Assembly (NCBI RefSeq): GCF_964194155.1
Contig: NC_135908.1
Coordinates: forward strand, 5,394,001-5,458,000
Direction of reading: 5' to 3'
From: Cetorhinus maximus
Lineage: Eukaryota
DNA length: 64,000 bases
Shown here: in pieces, positions 50,859-63,599 of the stretch
How positions within the stretch are numbered: position 1 is the stretch's first letter
Layout: every line of letters starts with the position of its first letter
Notes under the pieces: model-generated
The model's database searches: none
What the model was told of the DNA's origin: nothing
What the model saw: the letters and a program-made list of their open reading frames with translations, nothing else
Position numbers and translations under genes: made by a program

Positions 50859-51290
50859 ATGCTGACTCTGATTTGGATCCTGCCCTGCGTGGTCCTTGCA
50901 GTGGCATGGACTACCAACTCTGCGGTTCAACGAATGCAGGCCGTAGCCTCGCAAGTTAATCCGACTAAATATTGGATTTGTACTCATTTTCCCTCCTCCA
51001 CTGAGATGCATTTTCTGGCTTTCTCCTCAGATTCCGCATGGTCCCTAGGTAATACAGGGGCCTTCATTCAGCAGATGCCCATTTGGAGACGGGAGCCCAC
51101 CTTTGTGGTTGTTAAGGGGGAGGCCTGGCTATGTGTCAGGAGAAATTATACCAAGGGTAGCACTCGGGTGGGTGAGCTGCCATTGGGTTCCTGTGCCTAC
51201 CTTGCTGATTCAAACCAGCTATCTATTCCCTCCCTCTCCTCAGGGATCAAGACCCCTCTGAGGATGAAGCCCGGCGGCTCGGATACATAG
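50859..51290 (+). pseudogene. env: Env remnant 2, gamma-type SU N-terminus
   Basis: Signal peptide MLTLIWILPCVVLAVA and YWIC (CWxC-like) motif; in frame with IN2; truncated before TM. Confidence 0.7.
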
Positions 51291-51326
51291 AACTTGACTA
51301 AGGGTGGTGGATTGTCCTTGTAGGAC

Positions 51327-51339
51327 AAAAGGGGGGAAG
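51327..51339 (+). promoter_or_regulatory. Polypurine tract
   Basis: AAAAGGGGGGAAG abutting the 3' LTR. Confidence 0.92.
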
Positions 51340-51796
51340 TGTGGTGGCCTAGGCAAATAGGGAATCCACATAGTACTAAAAGGGTTAATGGAGAAATCAA
51401 ATTAAATGCTTAGGCCTAAGAGAAAAATACTGTAACCTTGAAGAACAATACCATCTTGTCTGACCACTGTTGTAGGATGAGCCCTGAGACATTCCATGTT
51501 GTTGTTTCTCAGGCCGAATGTAATCAAAGTTGTGATAACCAAGTGCGTAGGCACCACATCTGTTGTGGTGGGAATGGAAATTAACTAAAACATGGATTGG
51601 TCAGTTAACGTATGCAAATAAACAGATTGAGATGTGCAAAATTTACTGATTGGTTGTAAAATGTTTTTAAGCAAGTGTTTGTGTATTCGGCTTTGAGACG
51701 GTACAATAGCTCTCGTTGTATTGTTCTCCCTTGTGCATAAGTAATAAATGGGGTTTCTATGTATTAATGATGCCTCGGTGTGATTAATCTCCGACA
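51340..51796 (+). repeat. 3' LTR (457 bp)
   Basis: About 12 substitutions and one 3-bp indel versus the 5' LTR (manual comparison). Confidence 0.97.
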
Positions 51797-52272
51797 TGTT
51801 CACTGATGATTGCACAATGTTCAATACCATTCGCGACTCCTCAGATACTGAAGAAGTCCATGTCCATTTGCAGCAGCCCTGGACAGCATTCAGGTTTTGC
51901 TGATAAGTGACAAGTAACATTCACGCCACACAAGTGCTGGGCAATGACCAACATCAAACATAAGGAAACTCATTTAATTCTGAACCTTCCAAACTTGCAA
52001 CCTCTACCACCCAGAAGAACCAGGGCAGCAGACGCATGGGTATACCACCCTCTGCAAGTTTCCCTTCAAGCCACACACTATCCTGACTTAGAACTACATT
52101 CCCGTTCCTCCACTGTCACTGGGTCAAAATCGTGGAACTCCCTTCCTAACAGCACTGTGGATGTACCTACACCACAGGGACTGCAGTGGCTCAAGAAGGC
52201 AGCTCATCACCAACTTCTCAAGGGCAATTAGGGATGGAGAACAAACACTGGCCCAGCCAGCGATGCCCACAA
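51797..52272 (+). mobile_element. LINE continuation after the ERV (RT FTDD region + 3' end)
   Basis: (ATG)TTC ACT GAT GAT TGC ACA ATG TTC = MFTDDCTMF; family tail at 52220-52272. Confidence 0.88.
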
Positions 52273-52624
52273 CCCTTGAAAGAAAAAAATGTCTCCTCAT
52301 CTCCCCTTTGATCATTTGCCAATCATCTTAAATCTGTGTCCTCGGATTACCAACCCTTTTGCCAGTGGAAACAATTTCTCTCTATCTAGCATTATCAAAA
52401 TTCCTCATAATTTTACACATTTCAATTAAATCTCCCCTTAAACCATTCCGTTCCAAGGAGAATAACGCTTGCTTCTCCAGTCTCCCCTCATCAATCTAAT
52501 AAATCTCCTTTGCACTCTCTCCAAAGTCTTGACACCCTTTCTAAAGCGTGGTGCTCAGAATTGGACATAGTACTCCAGCTGAGGGCCTAGGCAGTAATTT
52601 ATAAAGGTTATTGGTGAGTTAGAG

Positions 52625-52915
52625 AGGTCTTGTGGAGCAATGGTAGCAACCCTACCTCTTAGCCAGAAACTCTGGGTTCAAGTCCCACTTCAGGACTTTA
52701 TGGCCATTGTAGGTGTGTGAATAATGTGGTCACACAGATTGGTTATCGCCTGTAAATCCAATATGCCTGATGGCAGGCAGTAAGAGCGAGAGAGTTTCCT
52801 GGTCAGCCATGCTGCAAGCAACAGTAAACTACTGCAGTACTTTGTCAAACATAATCGTGGACCAGTCCATGGTTGCCAATGCCCTCTTAGGGCATGGTAC
52901 CTGAAGGAGGGGGAG
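52625..52915 (+). mobile_element. tRNA-derived SINE with RTE-like tail
   Basis: Homologous to 13533-13857. Confidence 0.75.
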
Positions 52916-53319
52916 GATTGGTGAGTTGATGTTGCTTGGTGTCATTATTGATGACACCTTCCATTATGTTGCTGATCTTTGGGAGAAGGTTGATAGAGTG
53001 GCAATTTGTTAGGTTTGGGTTATCCTCTTTGGGGTGGAGACCCACATGAAGTGGTTTCTCCTTTTGAATATTGAAGACAAAGTACCAACATCCCACCCCC
53101 AATATCAAACATAGCAGCTGCTGTAGGTTCTATTATGACTGGGCTCAATCTTCAGTACAGCCATCGAGGGCAACAGTCCACCTTTTGCGACAGACTGACT
53201 GCAAGTTTTCTAACTTCATTTAATGACAGTTATATTGTCGCAGATGCAAAGTGAAAGATGAATACCTCGTACTGGTGGCCAGAATTTCATGAAAGCAACT
53301 TCAAATCCAAGTAACACAT

Positions 53320-53910
53320 AAACAGGCATATGGAATCCTGGGCTTTATAAATAGAGGCATAGAGTACAAAAGTAAGGAAGTTATGGTGAACCTTTATAAA
53401 AGACAGGTTTGGCCTCAACTGGAGTATTGTGTCCAACTCTGGGCACCACACTTTAGGAAGGGATTTGAAGGCATTAGAGAGACTGCAGAAAAATATTTGC
53501 GTGAATGGTTCCAGGGATGAAGGACTTCAGTTATATGGATAGATTGAAGAAGCTGGGCTTGTTCACCTTAGAGAAGAAGGGGGTCAAGCGGACATTTGAT
53601 AGAGATATTCAAAATCACGAGGCGTTGAGGTAGAGTAGATAGAAATTATTCCCATTGGCAGAAGACACCAGATAAATGGAGTGGCTACATGAAGAAAGAC
53701 CTTCTAATGCAGTTAGGATCTGGGATGCGCTGCCTGCAAGTGTGATGAAGGCAGATTCAATCATGACTTTTAAAGGGGAATTTGATTAGCAGCAGGGTTA
53801 CAGGAAAAAGGACGGGGCATTGGGACTCTCTGAGTTACATTTGCAGAGAGCTGGCACAGACATGATGGGCCAAATGGCCTCCTGTGCTGTAACCATTCTA
53901 TGGTTCTATA
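53320..53910 (+). mobile_element. CR1 LINE 3' fragment
   Basis: GFINRGIEYKSKEVM.NLYK...PQLEYCVQLWAPH frame; tail GATGGGCCAAATGGCCTCCTGTGCTGTAACCATTCTATGGTTCTA. Confidence 0.85.
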
Positions 53911-54044
53911 ACACAGTGGGCTGAAGTCAAAACTGCTTGACACTGGCTGGGGTTAGGAATAGTCAAGAACCAGAGGATACTAGAGGCAAAAGGAGTGACA
54001 ACGTGAGGAAAACCTCCTTCTGTTTAGGGAATATTTTGATTGAG

Positions 54045-54308
54045 AGATGTTCAACCATAATCCCACAGATGGTAACTTCGCACCATTGGCTGCCCAGCCA
54101 AGTGGTTCCTCTTGTACTGAGCAGGATTATTACTGTGGCAACGCAATTATCAGTAAGGTAAAACTAACCTGTCTCACGATGGTCTAAACCCAGCTCACAT
54201 TCCCTGTGACGGGTGAACAATCCGACGCTTGGTGAATTCTGCTTCACGATGATAGGGAGAGTCGACCTTGAAGAATCAAAAACCGACACTGCTATGAACA
54301 CTTGGCCA

Positions 54309-54340
<32 letters not shown>

Positions 54341-54546
54341 AGACACCTCCTGCTTAAAACCCAAAAGGTCAGGATTGTGAAGTCCCTGCTTTCGTGGTCT
54401 GTATTCATACTGGGAAATCACGATCAAGCGAGCTTTTGCCCTTCTACTGCAAGGGAGGTTTCGATCGTTCCTGACCTCACCTTAGGACACCTGCATTACA
54501 GTGTGACAGTCAACCTCCCAACCTGCCATTGTCCCTAGAGTGGGTT
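54045..54546 (-). pseudogene. Diverged 28S rRNA fragment (3' region including the sarcin-ricin loop)
   Basis: The - strand reads CCACAGGGATAACTGGCTTGTGGTGGCCAAG...GAAGCAGAATTCACCAAGCG...GAGCTGGGTTTAGACCATCGTGAGACAGGTTAGTTTTACC...CAGTACAAGAGGAACC, with substitutions and deletions. Confidence 0.92.
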
Positions 54547-54889
54547 TTAAACGATCAAAGCAAAAATGGGCTTTAGCGGTGGGGTGGTGTCAGGGGGTCA
54601 ACAACTGTGGAATCCTGGGGAAATCTTTGGGTGTGGTGTGGTCGTGGTGGAGGGTGAATGGGTTGCCTTAAATGCAAGCTGGCAAGAAGCAGAATTAAAT
54701 TAGTGCAAACCACTCTGAGATGCCAAGTCAGCTTTAGAAGCTATTAGACAGATGAGCTAGGATGGGGCATATGACCTTCTCCAGTTGTGATCTCAAAATA
54801 GGTAGTGACGTAGAAATAAAACTGCTGAAAATAGCTAATAAAGGGTGTTTTGGAACTGTGAATATAGCCTCCGACTCAACATCCAGGAA

Positions 54890-55150
54890 TAAAAAAATCT
54901 GGAATTGAAAGCTAGTCTCAGTGATGGTGACCATGAAACTATCATTGATTGTTGTAAAAACCCATCTGGTTCACTAATGTCCCTTTAGGGGGGGAAATCT
55001 GCCGTCCTTACCGGGTCTGGTCTACATATGACTCCAGACCCACAGCAATGTGGTTGCCCTCTGAAATGGCCTAGCAAGCCCCTCAGTTCAAGGGCAATTA
55101 GGGATGGGCAACAAATGCCGGCCTCGCCACTGACACTCACATCCCATAAA
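54890..55150 (+). mobile_element. 5'-truncated tRNA-derived SINE
   Basis: Same family as 43115. Confidence 0.8.
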
Positions 55151-55708
55151 AGAATCTTTAAAATCCTTTTCATCACAAGCATGTGACAACCTGCAACTCC
55201 ATAGAATCGCCCTCCACATATGTGTCACTGAAACCTGCCTCTGTGCTCATTACGCTACAGGAAATCATAGTTAGAGGCGAATTCCACACCTCAGCCGTGG
55301 CGACAGCTGTTTACACCTTACCTCCTCTTGACACCTTTTTAAAAAATAAACGTTTAATTTTTTTTTGCTCATCCTGCACTCCGAGAATCCCGAAATAAAT
55401 TGCCCCGTGCTGTGCTTCGTCAGTTTCTGAAGTCTCTGGTGTGTTGCAGAAATCTCTCACGTGTTAATTGCGGTTACTTCTGACATCACTTGAGTGAACA
55501 AAAGCCCTCTTCCTTGTTCTCCAGGCAAGTTGCTACCAACAAGAGTGAAGAGAATAGCAGCAGCGTGACTGAGTCCCGTTGAACATTGTGTTGGTAAAAA
55601 GGGGGGGGGAAATACATCGCCGAATTATTATCCAAATAGTGAAGGTCTTAGAATATCGCAGTATCAAACTTCACAGAGACTTACACATCTTATCCCCCTC
55701 CATTCGCC

Positions 55709-55741
55709 ATGACTCGACTGCGCTTTAAGGACGCTTTTTGG
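55709..55741 (+). CDS. PSTPIP1: First coding exon of proline-serine-threonine phosphatase-interacting protein 1 (MTRLRFKDAFW)
   Basis: Kozak GCCATGA, donor TGG|GTGAGT; matches the recalled PSTPIP1 N-terminus (L.FKDAFW); expected downstream of RCN2 by synteny. Confidence 0.85.
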
Positions 55742-57654
55742 GTGAGTAGAATTCATATTAATTGAGAAATGTTGGTGTCTCTCTCCCCCCCCGGCCAGGC
55801 ACTAGTACAAAGATTAGCAATAGAATAGATGCAAAGTGTTGCTAGCAAGTGTAGATTTGAGATCAATTATTTTATACTCGTGTTAATTCTTTTTATAGGG
55901 ACAAAAAAGCTCTAACTTGAGTTGTGGGATTTGTTTTCCGCTTTAACATATTGGGCTCTAATTCACGATTTAAATTATGCCCAATCCTGGGAGTTAATTC
56001 CTCCCAAGGGTTTTGTTCGCACTTAACCCGTGAAACAAAATATCACCGTTTCTGCTATTCTTAATCGGATTTTATCTTTTTTTTTGCATATCCAGTTTCT
56101 GAGATCGCAAAACCTTGTGTTGCTTTTAGTGTTACCAAGTAGCATTGAGTCGCTGTGGTAATCAATAATCAAGGTCAGTTGATCCTGACTGAAACCGAGC
56201 CCTTGGTTGGGTGCATTGCATTACCCCACAGCTTCAACTCGCTGTTCTGGATGCGATTGCTCTTTAGTGCGTTTGAATAAACATCTTCTTTCTATGATCC
56301 TAATCTGTCCCTTGGGTGTAATTGCAGCAGGTTTTATGCAGTGTCACTCAAATTTGGTGTTTGGTTTAATCAGAAATGCAACCCAGCCCTCGGTTGTTGG
56401 TAGATGAAGATTATGAGCTATATTGAAAGATTGGGTGTGGTCGGTAGATTTCAGAAACCCGTGCCCCCTATTAGCATCGCTTTAGAGTCAAGTTTCTGTT
56501 TCTTAATAAGGACCGTCTTTTGATTTGCACAGTTGGCAGCAGGTGCATGAGAATACCACTGCCTCCAAATCACCCACCCAGTTCTGACTTGGAACTCTAT
56601 CGCTATTGCTGTGTCAAAAACGTGGAACACTTTCCGTAACAGCACTGTGGGTGTACCTACATCATATTGACTGTAGTGGTGGAGAAGGCAGCTCACCACC
56701 ACCTTTTCAAGGGCAATCAGGCATAGGCAACAAAGGCTGGTCTAGCCAGCGACATTCACGTCCCAAGAATGAATTTCTAAAAAAACATTAGGGTATTAGT
56801 AAACTTTTGCTTTATCACCACCCCTTTGGTACAATTTCACTTGTCTTTCATCCGTCCTTGATCCAAGGGCTGGCCACACTGTGAACAATCTTCCTCATTG
56901 TGTATCTTCCTCCTATACTGCCCTCATTGTCTCTCCCATAGAGATCCCAGTCCACATTCTGATATTATCCATCCATGCCTATTGGGTCAGTCTTGTGCAC
57001 GTTTTCCAGCTGTTTTGCCTTGCACTACCTCTTTTTCCAAACACTCCCCTCCCACTCGTGTCACTCCCCTCCTGCTCGTATCATGTTCAAAATATGTGAG
57101 CTTTCAGAATGGCACTGCCTCAAACAAGTTCCTCTTAACGCCAGCTCTCTCGAGCACACGCTCGTTTGTCTGCTTGGACGTTCATGATGCACTGGAGGTT
57201 AATATTGATGTGAACTAGGTTCGGCTAGGCACTGACACTGACAGATGTTAACATTGAAGTAGGGGGAGGCTGGCTTGTCTAAAGACTGTACTTTGCTCCA
57301 GTGTCAGACCAGATTCTAACTCAGGATCTGGGCCAAGTTTATGCGTTAGCCTCGCTGCACTGATATAGTTTCAGTGAACCCAAAGAATGAGACAGGTATT
57401 GCAAATTCATCCAAATTTTGTATTTTTTAAGGGCAAAAGAGATTATTTTCAAGGTAAAACCTTGGACTGGAAACCTCACAGGGCCAATTCCCATTGGGAA
57501 CATCCTTTAATATACTTCTGCTGAAGCTATAAGTAATTTCAAGCAAATTCTTATTCTGTAGCATTTAGTTATTCAGATACTTTGCTGGACAGAACACCAG
57601 CGGTCGATTTGCTGTAGAGTTAGATTTATCAAGGAGATTTTTTTTTTTTTTCCT

Positions 57655-57958
57655 TCGTTCATGGGATGTGAGCGTCACTGGCTAGGTTTTATTGCCCATC
57701 CCTAACTGCCCTCTGAACAAGGGCAGTTAAGAGTCAACCACATTGCTGTGGGTCTGGAGTCACATGTAGGCCAGACCAGGTAAGGACAGCTGATTCCTTT
57801 CCCTAAAGGGCATTAGTGAACCAGATGGGTTTTTACGATAGTCAGCAATGGTCGTCATCATCAGACTTTTAATTTAATTCAAATGTCACCATCTGCCATG
57901 AGTTCGAACCCGGGTCCCCTGGAATACTAGTCAGTGACAATACCGCTATGCCACCGGC
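57655..57958 (-). mobile_element. tRNA-derived SINE
   Basis: Same family as 22065. Confidence 0.8.
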
Positions 57959-57971
57959 ACCCTGGATTAAC

Positions 57972-59430
57972 ATAGAATCATAGAAATTTATGGCACAGAA
58001 GAAGGCCATTTGGCCAATTGTGTCCGCACTGGCCAAAAAAGAACTGTGCAGTCTAATTTCATTTTCTAGCTCTTGGTCTGTAGCTTTGTAAGTTTCGGCA
58101 AGTGCGTATCCGAGTGTTTTTTTTTCAAATGGCGTGAGGTTTTCTGCCTCTATCACCCTTTCAGGCAGAGAGCTCTAGACCCTCATGAGTGAAAATATTT
58201 TTCCTCGAGTCTTCTCTAATCCTTCTACAAATTGCTTTAATTCTATGTGACTTCTTGGTATTGATCTCTCTGCCAAGGGAAATAGGGTCTTCCCATCCAC
58301 TCTATCTAGATCCCTCATAATTTTATACACCTCAGTTAAATCTCACCTCCGCCTCCTCTGTCCAGAGAAACAATCCCAGCCTATCCAATCCTTCCTCAAA
58401 GCTGAAGTTTTCCAGCTCTGGCAACAGTGTCATAAATCTCCTCTGTACCCTCTCCAGTGCGACCACATCCTTCCTGTAATTTGGTGACCAGAACTGTACA
58501 GGGTCCTCAAAACTAATGTTTTGTCCAGTTCTAGCATGATCTTTCTGCTCTTCTATGTCCAGCCGATTAAATGAAAGTATTCTACGTCCGTTCTTAACCA
58601 TCATTCTGCCCAGCTACCTCTAGGGATCTGTGAACTCCAAGATCCCTTTGCTCTTCTATGCTTCTCAGAATCCTACTATTTATTGTGCATTTCCTTGCCT
58701 TATTTGCCCTTCCTAAATACAGTATCTGACTACTGAATTCCATTTACGATTTTTCTGACCAGCCTATTGATATCGTCTTGCAGTCTACCACTTTCTGCTT
58801 TACTATCGACCAAGTGGTCAATTTTAGTATTTTTAATCGTGCCCCCTACAATTGAGTCTAAAATCACTGATTGATTATACTCCACAAACAAAAGGGACCC
58901 AGTACTGAGCCCTAGAGAACCTCACTGGAAGTAGCCTTCCAGTTACAAAAACACCTGAGCACTAACTACCCAGTGCTTCCTACCGCTGAGCCAATTTTGG
59001 ATCGAACTTGTCATTTCCCCCGGGATCCCATGGGCTTTTACATTTTGACCAGTCTGCCACCTGGGACCTTTTGAAAAGCTTTGCTAAAATCTGCACAACC
59101 CTCATCTCGCTATCTCCTCAACAAATTTAATCAAGCTCATCAGACACAACCTCCCTTTAACATATCTATGCTTCATTGATTAATTTGTACCTTTCTAAAG
59201 GACTATTAACACTGTCCCACCAGGATTTTTTTCCAATACTTTTCCCACCGCTGTTTTGACTCTCATTACTCAGCTGATCTTTTTTCACCATTTTTTAAAC
59301 AATGGTATGTTAGCTATCCTGCTGCACTAGGCCTGCAACCGGAGTAAATTGGAAAACAATGTTTACAGCCTCTGTTATTTCCTACCTTGCTTCTCTTAAC
59401 AGCCTGGCATACATTACATCTGGGCCTGGA
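57972..59430 (-). mobile_element. Degenerate CR1 LINE
   Basis: ORF 58332-58604 with VQFWSPNYRKDVVALERVQRRF; tail CATAGAATCATAGAA on +. Confidence 0.85.
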
Positions 59431-59577
59431 ATGTAAGATACTGAGCCCTTTTAATGTTTCCTCTCTCCATGTTTATTCCAACCCCATATTTCACATTTCT
59501 CCTTAACTACAAAGTCTACATTGCAGCCCGCCCCCCACCCCGATCGCCACCACACCTTTTGTGAAGGTGGACACAGA

Positions 59578-60277
59578 GGGCAGAATTTTATTCTCAACTG
59601 GAGCTGGGCTGGGAGGTGAGAGAGCTCGTTTAATTGTGCGGGAAGATGCAGGGCGGAGACTCCATTGCCTTCCTGATTTAATCCCTCCAGGGCGGGAAGC
59701 CATAAGGATGGCATTCCCGCCTGGAAGCCAACTGAGCCTCTTAAGTGGTCATTCTACCAGTGGTGGGCAAGGCCCAGGCAATATGAGTAACTTGCTAGGT
59801 AAATCTTGGCAGGTACATCTGTGGCCTGGTAAGGGTTTGGGGCAGGGAAGTCCTTGGTGCTTGGGCAGCCCATCTCCAATGGAGATACCTGGGCTGTCCA
59901 TGGGTAAACACACCTGCCTGCCCTAAGTACTAACCCCTCCCTTGCTAGGACCTCACTATCTGGCCCCAGCAAACCCACCCTGCTCAACTTACTCTTGGGC
60001 CTCTATTGCCGATCTTTGTCTTGGCCTCCTGTAGTACCGGCAGAGTCCACTGCTCCCTGTGGCGCTGATGGTACTGGAGAGCTGCTGGTTTATTGTCGAC
60101 TGGCAGTTCTTGGGGACAGGATATCCACCTCAAAAGCCAGGAGACCTGATGGCACTATTCCCACTGCCAATTGGGCACTTTATTCCGTCAGGGTTCCCAG
60201 TGGTTCAATCGATTGGGGTGCCAACAGTTTTTGTTTTTGATGTCAGGACTCCTGCCACCCACATTAAATTCCATCCA
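59578..60277. mobile_element. Possible non-autonomous DNA transposon (MITE-like)
   Basis: GC-richer block bounded by imperfect inverted ends GGGCAGAATTTTA ... TAAATTCCATCC. Confidence 0.4.
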
Positions 60278-62099
60278 AAATATTTCAGAACCATGCCCAA
60301 GTTCTCCATCTCAACACACAAGTTACTGTTTTGTTCTCCAATGGGCACAATTTCCTTGGTTTTCTTTTTTCTTTTTGTATTTATTAAATATACTTTGATT
60401 TCACTTATCAATATTTTTTTCGTGCCCTCTCCCTGCTTTCCTGACTTTTTAATTTCACCCCCACCCCATCCAAATCTCACTTCCTATACTCCTTTGGACT
60501 TTCTGCAATATTGACCTCTCTGTATCAGACTTAAACTTCCTTTTCTGTCTTGCCCTGCTCTGTGACATCCGAGAAGCTCTAGATTTGGGAATTCCACTGT
60601 CTTTCTTTGTGGGAACACATTTGTTTTGAACCCTCTGTCTCTCCTCCTTGAATGCCCCCCACTACTATGACACTGATTTACCTTCACGTCACTGTTTCCA
60701 GTCTACTTTTGCTAAATCATGCATTTACTTATCAATTGGAGAAAGGCCAGATTTGCTAACTTTTTTTGCTCCAAGTCTATCTTGTCCTTTTCCATAACTA
60801 AAGTAAATCTAACTGTATCATTATCACTTGTGACTAAAGCTCCTCAACGGATGCCTCTTCCACCAGCTGAACTTTGTTTCCTAAAACAAAGTGCAGAACT
60901 GCCCCTTCTAATGTTAAGCTTGCTGTGTACTGGCTAAAAAAAATTCTCCTAAATGGATTTTAAGAATTCTGAGCCCTCTCACCTTTTTTACACCAATTCT
61001 ATCCCAGTTAATATTAGAATTGTTGAAATCCCTTTCTTTAATTGCTTCCTCGCAAGGCTGAAAACATATTCCTTTAGTAGCCTCTTGTAATGATCCTCTC
61101 CACGTGTCTCTGCGTCCCCAGCCCCCACCACCAATTCTGTCTTGTGATCAGTTTTGAATTTGGCAAAAGTGTTTTTTATCCTTTCTGCTTGTTAAAGTGA
61201 ATGTTGGTAAGCGGCAGGTATTAATAAACAGAATTTATAAAATATATTCACAGGAGGTGGGTGTTAATGCCAACATTTATTGCCCTTGAAGGTGGTGGTG
61301 GTGGTGACTTCACAACAGAATAGATTAATCTAGTTCAGTTCCTGTTCTGGAGGGCAGCTACGAGTCAACCATATCACTGTGGGTCTGGAGCCTCGTAGAG
61401 GCCAGCCCAGGTAAGGAAGTCCAGTTTCCTTCCCTAAAGAACATTAGTGAACCAGATGGGTTTTTAAGGCAATCTGATAGTTTAATGGTCAACCTTACTG
61501 ATACCTGCTTTATATTTAATTAACTGAATTTACATTCCCTCCAAGTTGCTGTGGTGGGATTTGAACTAGTGTCTCTGGATTACTTGTCCCATGACATATT
61601 TTTTAAAAATGCTAATGTTCCCAATGATGCACAATGGGCCTCTATCATTCTCCAATCTTCCATTTCAATGTATAATTTTTTTTAAAGCCTAGGCTTGAAG
61701 AGGACAAAAGTCAAGCATGTCCATCCTCGTCAAATGCACGAGTGGGAAATATTGGATGATTTGGGGAAAATAGAAGTTGCACCTCTCTATAAGAGAGACA
61801 CCCACGCATGTCACCATCAACCAATGGAAAATTTCACCCAGGTTCATGAGCAACTCAATGCAGGATAGATTAGATATTAAAATACTGTGTTCTATGCGAG
61901 GGCAATTGTGCAACACAGTGGGACAGACTTGTGTTCTAATGCGCAAACATTTCAGTAACGTAAATTAAATGATTAGAGGGGGAAAGAAAATCCCAAAATC
62001 CTGATTATTTATTTTAAAACCCAAAATGCTAGAATACACGGGTCAGTCAGTATATGAAACAAACAAGTTCACTTTTCTGTGATATTGTTCAAATATTTT

Positions 62100-62565
62100 T
62101 TTCATGGCATGTGGGTGTTGCTGGCTAGGACAATATTTTTACTGTCCGTCTCTAATTGCCCTTGAGAAGGTGGTGGTGAGCTGCCTTCTTGAACCGCTGC
62201 AGTCCATGTGGTGTACATACACCCACAGTGCTGTTAGGAAGGGAGTTCCAGGATTTTGACCCAGCGACAGTGAAGGAACGGCGATATATTTCCAAGTCAG
62301 GATGGTGAGTGGCTCGGAGGGCAACTCGCAGGTGGCGGTGTTCCCATGCATCTGCTGCCCTCGTCCTTTCTAGGTGGTAGAGGTTGCGAGTTTGAAAGGT
62401 GCTGTCAAAGGAACCTTGGTGAGTTGTTGCAGTGAATCTTGTAGATGGTACACACTCTGCCACTGTGTGTCAGTGGTGGAGGGAGCGGATGTTGAAGGTG
62501 GCGCATGGGGTGCCAAACAAGTGGCCAGCTTTGCCCTGGATGGTGTCGAGCTTCTTGGAGTGTTC
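62100..62565 (-). mobile_element. LINE (CR1/L2-type) 3' fragment
   Basis: SFTVAGSKSWNSLPNSTVG frame and family tail. Confidence 0.85.
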
Positions 62566-63447
62566 TCCATCAGGATGGTGAATTTATCCTTTTGTTGAAG
62601 GGGCCCCATTCAGTATGCTAAAAATAAGATTTATTTCCGATACTAAGTAACGCTTTGTGCATTTGCAGCAGTTTCTGGTTTTGTTGAACGTTTATACTTA
62701 CCAAAGCAAAGTACTGCGAATGTTGGCAATCTGAAATAAAAACAAGAAAGTGTTTAAAAATGTTCAACAGGACTGGCAGCATCTGTGGCGGGAGAGAGAC
62801 AGAAACAGAGTTCATGAACACTCTCTTTCCCCCCACCCCCCACCCCCAGACGGTAATAGGCTTGCTGAGCCTTTTCAGTTTTAATTCATGTTTACCATTT
62901 ATTTTTAAGTTAAATTCTCACATGATTGCAGTAATCAAATATACTAATGGAGTTGGAATAGTGCACTTGAGGGAAAGATAATTAAAAAGAGGTTCGAAGA
63001 GCACAAATCGCTTAAAAGCAAGTTGATTGGACATTGTTTCCCGGGGCAACTGAGTCTTTGGTAGAGATAGGCCCCATCTTGAAAAGACAAGGGAATTTAA
63101 TTAACACGCACAGTTTAAAAATAGCTAAATAATTATAGGACTGCTACTTTATCTTCAGCTCTCACATTATCAAGCCTGCTAACCTTCAAAAGAACACTCC
63201 AATGCCACATTTAATGTTTGACTTTTTTTTAATCAATGATAATGCCAGCTTAGCTCACCCTCCATTCTTAGTCAAAGTTTTTTTTATGGCTAATGATTTG
63301 CGCTCCAGAGCTGAACAACATTCAGTGTTGGCCATTGATATTCTAGGCCAACATTGTTTAAGTTGTTATTGCATGGATATCATTGCCTGCAATCTTGGAT
63401 GTTAAATATCTCTTGGCAGTTAAACTGGCTATTTGTTATTTGTGGAA

Positions 63448-63599
63448 AACAAAAATAAAAATACCTGGAAAAACTCAGCAGGTCTGCCAACATCTGCGGA
63501 GAGGAACACAGTTAAACCTGCTGAGTTTTTCCAGGTATTTTTACCTTTATTTTTGTTTTGGATTTCCAGCATCCGCAGTTTTTTTTGCTTTTATCTTAG
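63448..63599. mobile_element. Short Penelope-like fold-back insertion with 14-bp TSD
   Basis: ATACCTGGAAAAACTCAGCAGG / CCTGCTGAGTTTTTCCAGGTAT inverted pair; TSD TGTTATTTGTGGAA at 63434-63447 and 63600-63613. Confidence 0.88.

Larger units (their letters stand above)
44160..51796 (+). mobile_element. Defective endogenous retrovirus (class I, gamma/epsilon-like backbone), 7637 bp
   Basis: Two TG...CA LTRs, 4-bp TSD TGTT (44156-44159 / 51797-51800), PBS, PPT, gag, integrase and env remnants. Confidence 0.97.

Noticed and set aside
54045-54546. Functional rDNA unit
   Set aside because: Partial, with deletions and substitutions at invariant positions and no flanking rDNA.
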